Below, piece after piece: positions 62,206 to 64,000 of a DNA stretch of 64,000 nt (within the stretch, counting starts at the first letter, position 1; every line of letters begins with the position of its first letter). The stretch is from Sumerlaeia bacterium (GTDB lineage Bacteria > Sumerlaeota > Sumerlaeia > SLMS01 > JAHLLQ01), in contig JAVJSW010000073.1 of assembly GCA_040219255.1 (NCBI GenBank), forward strand, positions 1 through 64,000. The letters are read 5' to 3'. The notes beneath the pieces were generated by a model. The model worked only from the letters and a program-made list of their open reading frames with translations. It ran no database searches and was not told the origin of the DNA. Made by a program: the position numbers and the translations under genes.

Positions 62206-64000
62206 CTTCCGTTGTCCTTTCGCGGGTCAGCACCAGGGTGCGGCGGCCGTCAAGCCGGCCGGCCCAGCCGGGCTCGACGAGCAGCGCGCTGTGGGAATCG
62301 AAAACAAGAGCCGGGCCTGACAGTTCGCCGCCGGGCGTCATGGCGCCGCGTTCGAAAACCGGGATGTCGCTCCAGCCGGTGGCAGCGAAGTACACGGGCC
62401 GATGGCGCAGCGGCTCGGCGCGTTGGGGGCGAGTAGGTTCCTCCGGCATGGCGAGAGGCGCTTCCGCCGACTTGGCCACCACGCGGAGGGACTCGGCCTC
62501 TATGGAGGCGTCTTCCGGGCAATGGCCGAAAATCTCGGCGTAGAGCCCGCGGAATGCGGCGACGGTATCGACGCCAGGCGACCACTCGACGGCAAGCGTG
62601 GCGTCCTGGCCCAGAAAGCGGAGACTCGCGATGCGGCGGGTGATTTCCGCGCGGCCGCGGGGAATGCCTTCGCTGGCCAGGCGGTCGATGGCTTCCTCGT
62701 CGGCTTCGGCGAAGGCTCCGGCGAGGTCCAGCTCGGCGAGCAAGCGCAGAATCTGGCGCTCCGCCATGGCCGTAAAGCGTGCCAAGCCAACGCCATAGGC
62801 GCTCAGCAAGCCCGCGTCGGCGGGGGAGAGGACGGTGCGGATCGCCAGCAGCCCGGCCAACGCGCACGCATGCTGGCCCCCCGCGCCGCCAAAGGAAACC
62901 AGCGCGTGACTGGCGGGGTCGTAGCCCTTGCGCAGAGAAATGCGCCGCACCGTGTCGGCCATACGCTCGTTGGCGATGCGCAGGAACCCGGCGGCGAGGG
63001 CTTCGCGGGCTGGGGCGCTCTGGCCCGCCTCCTCCATTGCGCCGCGGATGGCATCGATGCGGGCGCTGGAGGCTTCGACGGAAACGGGGAAAGGGAAGGC
63101 TTCGGGATCGAGGCGCCCCAGCAGCAAATTCGCGTCGGTAATCGTCAGCGGCCCGCCCGCGCCATAGCACGCGGGCCCGGGAGACGCCCCGGCGCTTTCC
63201 GGCCCCACCAGGAGGCGGTCGCCATCGAAGCGGCAGATCGACCCCCCGCCCGCCGCCACCGTCTCGATAGCCAGTGCCGGGGCGGAAAGCAGCGCGTCGC
63301 CGACCCGGTGCTCGAACACATAGTCGAAGGCGTCAGCGTAGCGCGAGACGTCGGTGCTCGTCCCACCCATGTCGAAGCCGATCAGCCGCGTGAACCCGGC
63401 GGCCCGGCCCACCGCCGCCATGCCCGCCACTCCGCCCGCGGGGCCGCTGAGGAGCGAGTCCTTGGGCTGATAGCGATCGGCGTGCACCAGGCCTCCGGCG
63501 CTCGTCATCATCGCGGTCGAGGAGCCCTCGCGGCGGCCCGCGCCCGCCCCCACCCGGTCCAAGTACCCCCCGATGATCGGCGCTAGGTACGCGTTCACCA
63601 CGGCCGTTTGGGCGCGCGGAAGAATCTGAATCAGCGGCGACAAGTGGCTGGAGAGCGAAACGTGATCGAAGCCTTCCTCGCGCAGCATCGCTGCCAGCGC
63701 GTCCTCGTGCGCCGGGTTGCGGTAGCTGTGGAGCAACGCCACGGCGGCCGTCTCGTGTCCCTCAGCGCGCAGTGCGCGAACGCGCGGGCGCAGGGCCTCC
63801 ACGTTCAGGGGCTCGATCTCAGCGCCGGTGGCGTCCAGGCGGCCGGGGACCTCGACGACAGGACCGTGGAGCGGCTCGGGCTTCTCGATGGCCAGGGCGA
63901 AAATGTCGGGGCGCCGCTGATCGCCCACACGGAGCAGATCGCGAAAGCCCTCGGTCACGAAGAACACCGGCGGTGTGCCCTTGCGCTCCAGCAGCGCGTT
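62195..64000 (-). CDS. Hydantoinase A / 5-oxoprolinase N-terminal half (5' end outside the window)
   Basis: Frame open to the window edge (NALLERKG...), GFRDLL, SGPAGG, DMGGTSTDVS, TVAAGGGS, GPESAGASPGPACY, FGGAGGQH, LSAYG. Confidence 0.92.
   Translation of the reverse strand, partial: NALLERKGTPPVFFVTEGFRDLLRVGDQRRPDIFALAIEKPEPLHGPVVEVPGRLDATGAEIEPLNVEALRPRVRALRAEGHETAAVALLHSYRNPAHEDALAAMLREEGFDHVSLSSHLSPLIQILPRAQTAVVNAYLAPIIGGYLDRVGAGAGRREGSSTAMMTSAGGLVHADRYQPKDSLLSGPAGGVAGMAAVGRAAGFTRLIGFDMGGTSTDVSRYADAFDYVFEHRVGDALLSAPALAIETVAAGGGSICRFDGDRLLVGPESAGASPGPACYGAGGPLTITDANLLLGRLDPEAFPFPVSVEASSARIDAIRGAMEEAGQSAPAREALAAGFLRIANERMADTVRRISLRKGYDPASHALVSFGGAGGQHACALAGLLAIRTVLSPADAGLLSAYGVGLARFTAMAERQILRLLAELDLAGAFAEADEEAIDRLASEGIPRGRAEITRRIASLRFLGQDATLAVEWSPGVDTVAAFRGLYAEIFGHCPEDASIEAESLRVVAKSAEAPLAMPEEPTRPQRAEPLRHRPVYFAATGWSDIPVFERGAMTPGGELSGPALVFDSHSALLVEPGWAGRLDGRRTLVLTRERTTEDGK

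Noticed and set aside
1-64000. rRNA, tRNA, transposase, integrase, prophage or anti-phage defence genes
   Set aside because: None recognised. Nearly all sequence is accounted for by protein-coding genes, though a small RNA in an intergenic gap cannot be excluded by eye.

Overview
A gene-dense, high-GC bacterial chromosomal segment. I saw no rRNA, tRNA, CRISPR array, transposase or prophage. In order it holds: a two-gene ergothioneine unit (egtB-egtD); a large membrane protein; an unusual arginine-biosynthesis block (P-loop DUF1611/DgcN-like gene coupled to argC, then argB and a GabT-type aminotransferase, facing a divergent M20 amidohydrolase, with no argA, argJ or argD in the window; argH is about 16 kb away); three tandem pilin/GspG-like genes sharing a C-terminal YDPTNG motif; a kexin-like S8 protease; four related ABC-2-permease-like membrane genes with no ATPase; small regulators and a Ser/Thr kinase; a roughly 21-kb surface-polysaccharide region (pyruvyltransferase plus divergent MurB paralogue, nucleotidyltransferase, rfbB, rfbF, rfbG, sugar reductase, flippase, two sulfotransferases, seven glycosyltransferases, polymerase, rfbA); housekeeping genes (dtd, PfpI, cNMP-binding protein, phoH, PgpH-like 7TM-HD protein, DUF502, NtrC-type regulator); an acidic secreted protein with an internal duplication; and a 5-oxoprolinase split in two by an SDR gene. 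The best candidates for undescribed biology are (1) the DUF1611-like protein occupying the missing first step of arginine synthesis and (2) the pyruvyltransferase + MurB-like pair as a possible lactyl-ether installing module for a sulfated glycan. The YDPTNG pilins suggest Candidatus Sumerlaeota (BRC1), but this is unverified recollection. Family calls come from motif recognition by eye, and start codons are best estimates.
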